Source: an uncultured archaeon (GTDB lineage: Archaea > Asgardarchaeota > Lokiarchaeia > Sigyniarchaeales > SOKP01). Taken from it: a DNA stretch of 47,526 nt. Below the pieces are notes generated by a model. The model made no database searches. It worked only from the letters and a program-made list of their open reading frames with translations, and was not told the DNA's origin. How positions within the stretch are numbered: the first letter of the stretch is position 1; the number at the start of each line of letters is the position of its first letter. The stretch is from the NCBI GenBank assembly GCA_964388035.1, contig CAYLZE010000030.1, positions 1-47,526 on the forward strand, in the 5' to 3' direction. Shown here one piece after another: positions 36,333 to 45,815 of the stretch. The position numbers were made by a program, and so were the translations under genes.

Positions 36333-37526
36333 TTATTGACTTTCTTTTTTTAGAGAGAATGGAAAAGTGCCAGTTATACGCCATATGGCCACGTCGTCAA
36401 ATCCTAACACTTCTGAATTAGTTCTTTCACCATTAATTACACTTTTTAGTTTCTGCCACAGAATATCAGCTACATTTTCTACAGTTTTATTTTCGGTTAT
36501 TATTTTGCTGGCGTCTACATCAATATTGGCAGCCATCCAATCACACGTTTTGGGATTTCCGCAAATTTTAATCACGGGAGCCACGGGATTTCCGCAAGGA
36601 CTTCCTCTGCCCGTGGTCATTATTATCACGTGAGCTCCAGCAGCAGCCAGTCCCGTCATGGATTCCACATCTAATCCCGGTTCGATCATTAACCACAACC
36701 CTTTTCCCTTAGGGGATTCAGAATAGTCCATAATACCTTGAATGGGAGCAGAGCCCGACTTTGCTATCGTTCCCAGAGACTTTTCTTCGATTGTAGTGAG
36801 CCCTCCTTCAATATTTCCCGGAGTAGGTTGGACACCTCTGAAGTCTATACCAATTTTCATCGTATTATCAAGAAATGCCTCGATTGGTTCTTCAATTTTA
36901 GCCGCTACTTCTTCATTTATTGCCCTTTGCTTTAACAAATTTTCCGTACCGATCCATTCAGTAAACTCTGGCAAAATAGCTGTTCCTCCCAATTCAACAA
37001 CTTTATCAGTAACTAAGCCCACTGCGGGGTTGGCAGTGATTCCAGAGATAGAATCAGAACCGCCACATTCCAATCCCAATATTAAATGGGAAAAATCATA
37101 AGGTTCTCGCTTGATCTCTCTCGCCTCTTCTTCCATTTTTTTAGCTAACTTAATTCCCTTGTCAATTGCTGCGGGAGTTCCGCCTTGAACATCTTGCACG
37201 TCAAAGAATTCGATGGGTTTTTTTGTCTTCTTTACTTGTCTCGCAATTAGTTTACTAGAAATATTTTCACATCCCAGCCCAACGACTATCAAGCCATATA
37301 CATTAGGATTGGAACCTAATCCTACCAAGGTTCTCAATGTATAAGAAAAATCAACTCCGAATTGACCACATCCTAAGGGATGGGTGATTGCTACCCCGCT
37401 TTCGATTTTATTTGCAATTTGGGTTGCAACTTTATTTACACATACCACCGAGGATAATATTGCGATCTTATTGCGAATTCCTACTTGTCTGTTTGGTCTC
37501 GGATATCCTAAAAATTCTTCGGTCAT
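36333..37526 (-). CDS. UxaA/GarD family dehydratase large subunit (altronate dehydratase- or SuyB-like)
   Basis: GY.R...VGIRN, H.LGC, GLGCE, ECGGSD..SG.TANP, TPGNIEGGLTTIEEKSLG, TTGRG. Confidence 0.9.
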   Translation of the reverse strand: MTEEFLGYPRPNRQVGIRNKIAILSSVVCVNKVATQIANKIESGVAITHPLGCGQFGVDFSYTLRTLVGLGSNPNVYGLIVVGLGCENISSKLIARQVKKTKKPIEFFDVQDVQGGTPAAIDKGIKLAKKMEEEAREIKREPYDFSHLILGLECGGSDSISGITANPAVGLVTDKVVELGGTAILPEFTEWIGTENLLKQRAINEEVAAKIEEPIEAFLDNTMKIGIDFRGVQPTPGNIEGGLTTIEEKSLGTIAKSGSAPIQGIMDYSESPKGKGLWLMIEPGLDVESMTGLAAAGAHVIIMTTGRGSPCGNPVAPVIKICGNPKTCDWMAANIDVDASKIITENKTVENVADILWQKLKSVINGERTNSEVLGFDDVAIWRITGTFPFSLKKESQ

Positions 37527-37807
37527 ATTTTTTCGGCCACCTTTTCTAAATAATGACTTCTTATATTATGAATATGAACCCAATCACCCGTATTTATGTC
37601 CTTAGTCGCAATACCGATAATTTGTCCATATTTTATCAATAATTCTCCTTCCTTAATAGTTTTAATAGCAAATTTGTGTCCAAAGGGGATATTTTGATTT
37701 AAAACCATGCTTTTTCCACTAATTTCAATTTTTTCTCCTTGAGGAAGATCTGCTAGAGTCGTTGCACAATTATCTTTTTCATCCATTATAATAAATTTTC
37801 CTTTCAA
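37523..37807 (-). CDS. UxaA/SuyA-like small subunit (SAF domain)
   Basis: DNCAT, IPFGHKFA, KYG..IG.A..DI..GDWVHIHN; 4-bp overlap with the large subunit. Confidence 0.9.
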   Translation of the reverse strand: MKGKFIIMDEKDNCATTLADLPQGEKIEISGKSMVLNQNIPFGHKFAIKTIKEGELLIKYGQIIGIATKDINTGDWVHIHNIRSHYLEKVAEKI

Positions 37808-38010
37808 GAGCTCATCAAATCCGATTAAAATTATTCATATTTTATAATTAAAATTGAATTTAGCAGTTAAAAAGTTAATGAATGGAAATTCCAGTAAAGA
37901 TTTTTCTCTCTTAGGGTTTAAAAAGTATTTAAAATAAGACAAATAAGAAGTTCACGAGACTCACTTCATGTATATAATTTATATTTGTACCATTTACCTG
38001 AATTTCAATG

Positions 38011-38040
38011 AATGGTTAAGAAAGATCTAGAATAACCATT
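38011..38040. promoter_or_regulatory. 8-14-8 inverted repeat in the UxaA/SDR divergent promoter
   Basis: AATGGTTA-(14 nt)-TAACCATT. Confidence 0.3.
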
Positions 38041-38146
38041 GTTCGAGTCTAAACGAAATTAATAAATAGACTATTATGATACCATTAGATGTATCCAAAA
38101 TTTTAAAAATAAACCTATAATAGAACATGAATTAAGGGCATGAGTC

Positions 38147-38995
38147 ATGAGTCAATTAACAAATAAAGTTGCCGTGATTACGGGAGCGGCGAGTGGAATT
38201 GGACGAGCTATAGCAGAAAAATGTGCTCGAGAAGGGATGAAGGTGGTATTAGCAGATATTGAAGAGTCTCCCTTACGTCAAACAGAAAAGGAGATGACAA
38301 CCAAAGGGGCGAACGTTTTAGGAATTTTAACTGATGTAAGGAAACTTGAGGATATTGAAAATTTAGCAAAAGAAGTGCTTGATCATTTTGGAAGTGTTGA
38401 TTTATTATGCAATAATGCAGGAGTGGGATTCGCCGTAAATTCATCAACTCATGTTTGGGAAAACACCCTAGCCGATTGGAGATGGATTTTTGATGTTAAT
38501 GTTTTTGGGATTATTAATGGAATCCATGTTTTTGTACCCATCATGCTAAAACAGGATACAACGTGCTATCTTATCAATACTGCATCCATGGCAGGAATAA
38601 TACCTCCTACAATCGGCATGAGTATTTATAGTGTTAGCAAGTACGCTGTAATCGCATTGACCGAATCTTTATATCACGAATTGAAGCGGCAAGGATCTAA
38701 TATAAAAGTGTTAGCTCTTTGTCCCGGTTTTGTTAAAACTAATCTTACTGAAAGTGAGAGAAATAGACCGAAAAATTATGAACCTAAAATAAGTGAAAAT
38801 CTTGAAATGCAGTCCTTTCTAAACATATTTCGTTCATCTGTTGAAAATGGGATATCACCGGAAGAAGTGGCTGAGGAATTATTTCGAAATCTTGATGGAG
38901 AGAAACTCTATATAGCTACCGATCATCAAGTGTTCATGAAGAAGAATGTTACAGTTCGCATGGAAGCGATTTTAAAGGATCTTTCTAAAAAATAA
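38147..38995 (+). CDS. Short-chain dehydrogenase/reductase
   Basis: TGAASGIG, NNAG, NTAS, YSVSK (YxxxK), CPGFV.T. Confidence 0.95.
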   Translation: MSQLTNKVAVITGAASGIGRAIAEKCAREGMKVVLADIEESPLRQTEKEMTTKGANVLGILTDVRKLEDIENLAKEVLDHFGSVDLLCNNAGVGFAVNSSTHVWENTLADWRWIFDVNVFGIINGIHVFVPIMLKQDTTCYLINTASMAGIIPPTIGMSIYSVSKYAVIALTESLYHELKRQGSNIKVLALCPGFVKTNLTESERNRPKNYEPKISENLEMQSFLNIFRSSVENGISPEEVAEELFRNLDGEKLYIATDHQVFMKKNVTVRMEAILKDLSKK

Positions 38996-39295
38996 TTATG
39001 ATTTTCTTTTGAAATAAATAGATTATTTAAAGAAAGTGATTTAAAATTACTAATTGTTTACCGCTTTTCTTGAATAAATATCTAATTTTTGGATCTAACT
39101 TCAGACATTCTTCTTTTTCATATTTACTCACGAAATATATAAATGTTTTCTCCTCAATTCAATTCTTTTCAGAATTAAATTCATAAGAAAGAATTTGAAA
39201 TTAATAATGCTACCATTTAGATCAGCGATGTTACTATAAGGACATAACGATGATTCGAAATTAAAGAAATATTTTATATTTTCTCTAGATTTATT

Positions 39296-39309
39296 TAATA
39301 CTAGTATTA
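39296..39309. promoter_or_regulatory. Perfect 14-bp palindrome upstream of aor
   Basis: TAATACTAGTATTA about 37 bp before the ATG. Confidence 0.3.
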
Positions 39310-39345
39310 TTTAGATTAAAAAATATTAAAGAGGGATTTTAAAAA

Positions 39346-41181
39346 ATGCCTAATGGATATATGGGGAAAATTTTGTGGGTTGATCTCACAGAGGAAAGCT
39401 TTAAAGAAGAGGAGCTCTCAGATGAAGTATATAGACAGTATATTGGAGGATACGGATTAGCTACAAAATTAATTTATGAAAATTCACTTGCTAAAATAGA
39501 TCCTTTAAGTGCAGATGCTATATTTGGATTTTTTCCAGGATTACTTACAGGAAGTCCTGCTCCCTTAACAGGACGGTTCATGATCGCAGGAAAATCGCCA
39601 TTAACGGGAACTTGGGGGGATTCCAATTGTGGAGGATATTTTGGACCAGAAATAAAAAGATGTGGATTTGATGCTATATTAATAAAAGGAAAAGCAAATG
39701 AACCAAAATATATTGCGATTGCAGAAGGGGAGAAAAAAATCTTAGATGCGTCTGATCTATGGGGATTAGATGCTGTTGAAGCCGAGGAAAAGCTTAAACA
39801 AAAGCACGGGAAGGTTCAAGTGGCTTGCATTGGACAATCGGGAGAGAAGCTCAGCTTAATTTCAGGAATCGTGAATGATAGAGGGAGAATTGCCGGTAGA
39901 TCTGGGTTTGGAGCATTAATGGGATCCAAAAAATTAAAAGCAATCGTCCTTGGAGGAAATCAAAAAGTAAATTTTGCAGATAATGATGCTGTACTTCAAT
40001 TAACCAAGCAATATAATGAAGGAATTAATGCTGCTACAAAAGGAGCAATAGTAAGTTATAAAACATTGGGAACTACTTTTAGTAATATTGTTTCTTGGAT
40101 GATTAACGATACTCCCGTAAAAAATTGGGGTGGAAAAAAAGAAGACTTTCCCCAAGAAAGAGTAAATAAAATATCGGGAGAAGAGATGGAAAAGTTCAAG
40201 CAAAAACCCTATGGTTGCTTTTCTTGCCCCATACGTTGTGGAGCCATCATGAAAGTTCCCGAAATTGGAATAGAAGAAACTCATCGGCCAGAATATGAAA
40301 CCAGTGCTGCTTTTGGTCATCTCTTGTTAAATGATGATTTAATGTCAATTTTTTTAATAAATGATTTATGCAATCGCGCTGGAATTGATACCATTTCAGC
40401 GGGAACCACCGTCGCATTTGCAATTGAATGTTATGAAAATGGAATACTAACGAAAGAAGAAACAGATGGACTCGAGTTAAAATGGGGCAATTCTCAAGCA
40501 ATCACGGAATTAGTAAAAAAAATGATAAATCGAGAAGGAATTGGGGATATTTTAGCTGATGGTGTTAAAATCGCGGTAGAAAAATTAGGGAAAGGTAATG
40601 AGTATGCTATTCACTGTTCTGGGCAGGAACCGGGAATGCATAGCCCAAAATACTACAAATCTTTAGGTGCATCATTCGCTTTTGATCCAACTCCAGGCAG
40701 GCATACCACCGCTTCCTTAGACATGTTAGTTCAAGGACCCTTAATCACACCAAACGGATTATTTGAAGGTATAGGTCTTCCAAAAAGATTCAAAAGAGAG
40801 GGAGATGACCGCGACGAGGCGGAAAAGATCGTGGCAGCGCTCTGGCAGTTCACGAGTAGTATAGGATTGTGTGAATTTGCATATTTCATGCAAAAATATC
40901 CACTCTTTGAACTAATAAACGCGGTTACGGGGTGGAATTTAATACCTGACGAGGCAATTTTGGCAGGGAGAAGGATTCAAACTCTAAGACAAGCTTTTAC
41001 AATTAGAGAAGGAATCAACGTCATGGAAACTAAAATACCAGAAAGAATTGTCGGTGTGGATTATTTAGCAGATTATAAAGGGTATTGTCAAAAAATGGGT
41101 TGGAATGCCGAAAATGGATATCCCCTTAAAGAGACGTTGGAAGAATTAAAATTAGGGTTTGTCATTCAAGACCTATATTAA
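39346..41181 (+). CDS. aor: Aldehyde:ferredoxin oxidoreductase family (tungstopterin) enzyme
   Basis: GYMGKIL.VDL, KSPLTG, AGRSGFGA.MGSKKLKAI, CFSCPIRC, PEYET, GIDTIS, GLC. Confidence 0.93.
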   Translation: MPNGYMGKILWVDLTEESFKEEELSDEVYRQYIGGYGLATKLIYENSLAKIDPLSADAIFGFFPGLLTGSPAPLTGRFMIAGKSPLTGTWGDSNCGGYFGPEIKRCGFDAILIKGKANEPKYIAIAEGEKKILDASDLWGLDAVEAEEKLKQKHGKVQVACIGQSGEKLSLISGIVNDRGRIAGRSGFGALMGSKKLKAIVLGGNQKVNFADNDAVLQLTKQYNEGINAATKGAIVSYKTLGTTFSNIVSWMINDTPVKNWGGKKEDFPQERVNKISGEEMEKFKQKPYGCFSCPIRCGAIMKVPEIGIEETHRPEYETSAAFGHLLLNDDLMSIFLINDLCNRAGIDTISAGTTVAFAIECYENGILTKEETDGLELKWGNSQAITELVKKMINREGIGDILADGVKIAVEKLGKGNEYAIHCSGQEPGMHSPKYYKSLGASFAFDPTPGRHTTASLDMLVQGPLITPNGLFEGIGLPKRFKREGDDRDEAEKIVAALWQFTSSIGLCEFAYFMQKYPLFELINAVTGWNLIPDEAILAGRRIQTLRQAFTIREGINVMETKIPERIVGVDYLADYKGYCQKMGWNAENGYPLKETLEELKLGFVIQDLY

Positions 41182-41327
41182 ATTACCTTTAGATTTTCTT
41201 TTTTATTTGTCTATTCTTTTTATTCAACTTTTTTTATAAAGGTATCATGAGTAATAGTTTCAATAAGTTTAAATCGGGAATAATAATAAAAGAGAAAAAA
41301 GTCCAAAAAATGCTTTTAAATAATTTT

Positions 41328-42752
41328 CTAATTTTTAGGAATTATCTTTAAAGCCACTTCCATTGCGTTTATAAATTTATCATTGTCTTCCGGAGTATGT
41401 TGCATGCATGTAAACGCCCGATTTCCATATTTTGTTATTACTCCCTCCGACAACATCACTATGGCGATCTCGTCCACGCATTTCTTACGATACACGGCTT
41501 TTGGAATGTTATTCATGTCGCGAATATCAATGGCCAAGGGGGAAAAGGTTTCATAATGCACGATTGATTTATAATTATAGGCAAAATATGGTCTGTCATA
41601 TCGCTGGAATAAATCATTCAATTTTTTGACTAAATCATCACCAGTTTTACCCGCCTTTTCAATCGCATTTTGTTCTTCAAGAATTTTAATGCCCCAATAA
41701 GTTGCTGCTACCGTTAGAGGATTTCCTCTGATAGTTCCACTGGCGGAAGCGTGTTTTCCTCCTACATCGATATCACCTGTTGTTACCTTCATGACGTCTT
41801 CTCTTCCTCCAATCGCCCCTGTAGAAGGATATCCTTGCGTCAGCAACTTACCAAATATGGTTAAATCTGGTGTCACGTTAAAATATTTTTGCGCCCCGCC
41901 GAGGTCCAATCTAAAACCCGTGACTACCTCGTCAAAGATCAATAATGTATCATATTGATCGCATAATTCTCTCACTCGCTTATTAAAGTCTTCTGGGATG
42001 GGTATGCCGCCCGATTCCGCGCCTAATGGTTCCACAATCACAGCAGCTACTCCGCTCCTTTTTTCGGAATACTTCTTGAGATTTTCCTCCAAAACTTCAA
42101 GGTCATTAGGCGGTAGAGAGACCGTATCTTTATAGCATCCTTTTGGGATGCCATCTGACTCCATGGCTCCCGAAAAGGGAATGTGGATGTCGTAGTTAAG
42201 CTGATCGGACCATCCATGATAAGATCCACCAAATTTAATGATCTTATCTTTTCCCGTGAATACTCGCGCTATGCGGAGTGCTGCCATATCTGCTTCGGTT
42301 CCAGATTGAAAATAAATCATGCGCTTTACAGATGGGACATGTTTCTGCACTAATTTAATGGCCTTGTTTTCTAATTCACAATTCCAATAAAGATCAGGTG
42401 AGAGATCTTTAAGAACTTCAAAAATTTTCTCTCTAAAGGGCGGATAATTGTGTCCCAAAATGCACGCTCCCGCACTCATTAAATAATCAACATATTCATT
42501 ATCGTCCACGTCCCACATTCTTGTTCCGCTTGTTCGCTTCATCATGACAGCATAAGGGTCTTTAAGGCACATCTGATGTTGTGTCCCTCCGGGAATTAAA
42601 GTATTTAATTCTTCAGCTAAAGGCTTCGATTTTGGCGTTTTTTGAGCAATTTTCTTGCGAACTTTAGCCATTTCCTCTTCTGGAATCCCTTTAACAGGGC
42701 TATCCCGAATGATAGCTATTTTTTTCCTTATATCTTCATATTTCATGCTCAT
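41328..42752 (-). CDS. Class III PLP aminotransferase (glutamate-1-semialdehyde aminomutase-like)
   Basis: WDVD.NEYVDY, SGTEA, GSYHG, LIFDEVVTGFR, PDLTIFGK (PLP Lys), SGT..GNP. Confidence 0.88.
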   Translation of the reverse strand: MSMKYEDIRKKIAIIRDSPVKGIPEEEMAKVRKKIAQKTPKSKPLAEELNTLIPGGTQHQMCLKDPYAVMMKRTSGTRMWDVDDNEYVDYLMSAGACILGHNYPPFREKIFEVLKDLSPDLYWNCELENKAIKLVQKHVPSVKRMIYFQSGTEADMAALRIARVFTGKDKIIKFGGSYHGWSDQLNYDIHIPFSGAMESDGIPKGCYKDTVSLPPNDLEVLEENLKKYSEKRSGVAAVIVEPLGAESGGIPIPEDFNKRVRELCDQYDTLLIFDEVVTGFRLDLGGAQKYFNVTPDLTIFGKLLTQGYPSTGAIGGREDVMKVTTGDIDVGGKHASASGTIRGNPLTVAATYWGIKILEEQNAIEKAGKTGDDLVKKLNDLFQRYDRPYFAYNYKSIVHYETFSPLAIDIRDMNNIPKAVYRKKCVDEIAIVMLSEGVITKYGNRAFTCMQHTPEDNDKFINAMEVALKIIPKN

Positions 42753-42901
42753 AATTACCTATAATTTTTTTATCTAAAAAAATTTTTATTCTTTTTTTCT
42801 AGCAATTAATTTATAAAATTTTTTATGGCTATCATTTCAAAGAATTTACTATTTTAAATAGATATTATAACTTTTTCATTTTTCATTCATTTGAATATAT
42901 A

Positions 42902-44194
42902 ATGAACGAACTAGAACGAATTTATCAAGAAGTAGACAATTTGGATTCGGCTAAGATCATGGCTCTGATGAAGAGTCTGATTGGAGTCCAAACGGTGGTT
43001 CCCCCGGGAGATAATTATAGGGAGTATGTCGATGTAATCATTCCTTATTTTAAGGAGTTAAAATATAATTTACGGGAAGTTATTGTTCCTGAAGAAATCA
43101 TCAAAGAAATTCCTTATCCGTTAAAAGGTCCTAGAATTAATCTTGTTGCTACGAGAGATTACGGTCAAGCAAAAGATGTGAGCTTTTACGGGCACATGGA
43201 CGTGGTACCAGCACCAAATGAGGGAGAGAAGAAATGGCGTTTTCCTCCTTTTGAAGCCACCATGATAAAGTCGGGAAAGATATACGGCAGGGGCGTCTCT
43301 GACATGAAAGGCTCGATGGCATGCCTCATTCTTGCGCTCCAACTAATTGAAAAATTGCAATTGACTTCAAAATATAATATCACCGTTTTAAATTGCACGG
43401 ATGAGGAAATAGGAGTCCATCCAGGAGTTGCTTATTTGGCAGAGCAAGGACATATAAAAGGGACAGTTTTTTGCATGGAAGGTGTGACGTATCCCCCCAT
43501 CATCTCAGTTGGAAGTGCAGGAGCTTTAAATGTTATTGTCAAATCCATCGGGAGAAGTTGCCACTCGGGCATGAATTTCATGGGAATTAATGCTATTGAA
43601 GAGACTGTTCCGATATTGGCCGAATTGATGGAATTAAAAAAAGTTGTTGAGCAAAGAGAAAGTGCAGATATTCCCGGATTTCCCAGGTTCGGCTCGGGGG
43701 AAAAGTGCAACATGACACCCATGTTTAACCTGGATATCATTCATGCCGGAACAAAAACCAATATCGTGCCTGACCTTTGTACTCTTACCATTAATAGACG
43801 GCTAATTCCCGATGAAAAGTATGAGGATGTGAAAAGGGAAATTGAAGAAGCCATCGAACGCGGGAGAAAGAAAAGCAAGTTATTAGATGTTCAAACCCAA
43901 TTTATCTATGATTATCCCGCATTACGAGTGGATCCAGAAGGTGCAGACGTGTTACGCTTTAAAAAAGTCATGAGCATTGTTCAAAACGTGCCAGAAGACG
44001 AGATTGCCTTGATTGGAAGTAGTGGTTCTACAGATATGGGGAATGTTTCCCAAATTTTAAATACTAATGATATCATTATTCACGGGCTGGGAAATGCGGG
44101 TTCAAATGCTCATGGTGTCAATGAAACCATCCGAGTGAAAGAAGTCAAGACTTACATCAAAGAATTACTTGTATTCTTATGCGCTGATATCTAA
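42902..44194 (+). CDS. M20 family ArgE/DapE-like deacylase
   Basis: VPPG.NY, GHMDVVP, YGRGVSDMKG, DEE, G...H, NAHGVNE. Confidence 0.92.
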   Translation: MNELERIYQEVDNLDSAKIMALMKSLIGVQTVVPPGDNYREYVDVIIPYFKELKYNLREVIVPEEIIKEIPYPLKGPRINLVATRDYGQAKDVSFYGHMDVVPAPNEGEKKWRFPPFEATMIKSGKIYGRGVSDMKGSMACLILALQLIEKLQLTSKYNITVLNCTDEEIGVHPGVAYLAEQGHIKGTVFCMEGVTYPPIISVGSAGALNVIVKSIGRSCHSGMNFMGINAIEETVPILAELMELKKVVEQRESADIPGFPRFGSGEKCNMTPMFNLDIIHAGTKTNIVPDLCTLTINRRLIPDEKYEDVKREIEEAIERGRKKSKLLDVQTQFIYDYPALRVDPEGADVLRFKKVMSIVQNVPEDEIALIGSSGSTDMGNVSQILNTNDIIIHGLGNAGSNAHGVNETIRVKEVKTYIKELLVFLCADI

Positions 44195-44322
44195 GTTTAT
44201 TTTCTTTTTTTATTAATTTTGATATCCAAATTTTATCCAATTAACAAATTAAAGGAAGAAAAATTTTAACGATTAGCAAACCATCTTCGATCTCCCTTAT
44301 TTAGTAAATTTTATTTTAAGAA

Positions 44323-45570
44323 TTAATAATATTTTTCATTGAATTCTTTAATTGCGTCAAAACACGCTACAATATTTTGCGGAGGAGCATCGGGTAGGAT
44401 ATTATGAACCGCACTCCAAACATAACCACCTCCCGGAGTAAAAATCTCCAATAACTCTAAGACGTGCTTTTTTACTTCCTCCGGAGTTTTCCAGCATATT
44501 ACGTTTCGAGTGTCAACTCCGCCACCCCAGAAAGTTATATCATCGCCAAAATTCTCTTTTAGATATTTAGGATCCATTCCTCTAGCACTTATTTGGACGG
44601 GGTTTAAAATATCTATACCGGTTTCGATGAGATCGGGTAATAAATTAGTAAGAGAGCCGCACCCGTGGTAAAAGATTTTCATCGAGCTATGCTTTTTTAT
44701 ATAATCGCAAACCTCTTCGTGTCTGGGCTTAAAAAGTTTTCTATAGATTCTTGGGCTAATTATTGGACCATTATTTTCTCCCAAATCATCTCCCATGCGG
44801 ATGATATCTACAACATCTCCCACATATGTGCATACTACTCCCAATGATTCAAACCAAAATTTCATGATCATATCAAGGAATTTTTCGACTTCTGAAGGAT
44901 GCCTCAAAATGTCAATAAGAAACTTATCCATGCGCCGAAAAGAATTTGCAAATTCAAAGGTGGAGATGTTCAGACTGAGGATAATGGGTTTTTTAGTTTT
45001 TGACTTGAGTTCAATAGCATTTTTTCTTAGAGTCTTCCAGAAATGCTTCATTCCTACATTACTAAAAGGAGGCGTGATTCCCACGGCAAAAGTATTTTTC
45101 CGCATCATTTTAAGAAATTCATTATAATTCTCGGGAAGTTTTTCCAAAGCAGGATAATACACGGGGTCCATTACCAAAGCTGCTTGCGACATCCTTCCAA
45201 TTACCGTTCCATCTTCATGAACAAGTTCCAAAGAATCGTCCAGATTGTGGCGAGGTTGAAAATAATTAGGGAATTGAGCATCGATTCCATTAACATGAAC
45301 TTCATACCAATCTTCATCTTTCGTATTAAATGTCCTACCGACATCCAATACATCCAAATTAAAATAGTCTATGATCTCATCTTCAACCTGAGCTAACTGC
45401 TGGATGGGATCATAAATTCTCACATGACCCGTTTTTATTCCTAAATAATCCTTAAGGTTCTTGTAGGTAATGGCATGAATTCCCGTTACGCACGTTCCCC
45501 CTAGATCAACGGGAACTCGATCGGGAGTTTTATGATTTATGGCCGCAAGAACTCGTTCTTGTGAATTCAT
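44323..45570 (-). CDS. Uroporphyrinogen decarboxylase-fold (URO-D / methyltransferase-like) protein
   Basis: SQERVLAAINH..PDRVPVDLG, GDDLG, HGCG, LNPVQ, FWGGGVDT, PGGGY...VHNI. Confidence 0.88.
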   Translation of the reverse strand: MNSQERVLAAINHKTPDRVPVDLGGTCVTGIHAITYKNLKDYLGIKTGHVRIYDPIQQLAQVEDEIIDYFNLDVLDVGRTFNTKDEDWYEVHVNGIDAQFPNYFQPRHNLDDSLELVHEDGTVIGRMSQAALVMDPVYYPALEKLPENYNEFLKMMRKNTFAVGITPPFSNVGMKHFWKTLRKNAIELKSKTKKPIILSLNISTFEFANSFRRMDKFLIDILRHPSEVEKFLDMIMKFWFESLGVVCTYVGDVVDIIRMGDDLGENNGPIISPRIYRKLFKPRHEEVCDYIKKHSSMKIFYHGCGSLTNLLPDLIETGIDILNPVQISARGMDPKYLKENFGDDITFWGGGVDTRNVICWKTPEEVKKHVLELLEIFTPGGGYVWSAVHNILPDAPPQNIVACFDAIKEFNEKYY

Positions 45571-45815
45571 AATTTTATAAATTTTTTAATTTAACTAATT
45601 CATTAAAAAATCGAATTAAACTATACTTTATAATCACATTTAACATATAAAATACTCTTTTTCCAGAAATTAAGTCGAAAAAGGAAAAATGAAAACACAT
45701 GTATTAATCTTGTTTTGACGGTTTAAGATTTAATATCGATACTTCTATAATTTCTTTTGTAATACCTGCATCTCTTTTTTAATTTAAGAAGTGAGAAAAA
45801 AAAGAAAATAGAAAT

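Noticed and set aside
41328-45570. hemL plus hemE as a tetrapyrrole biosynthesis cluster
   Set aside because: Both are divergent family members; the URO-D-fold proteins carry the HxC motif of the methyltransferase-like branch, and no other hem genes are present.
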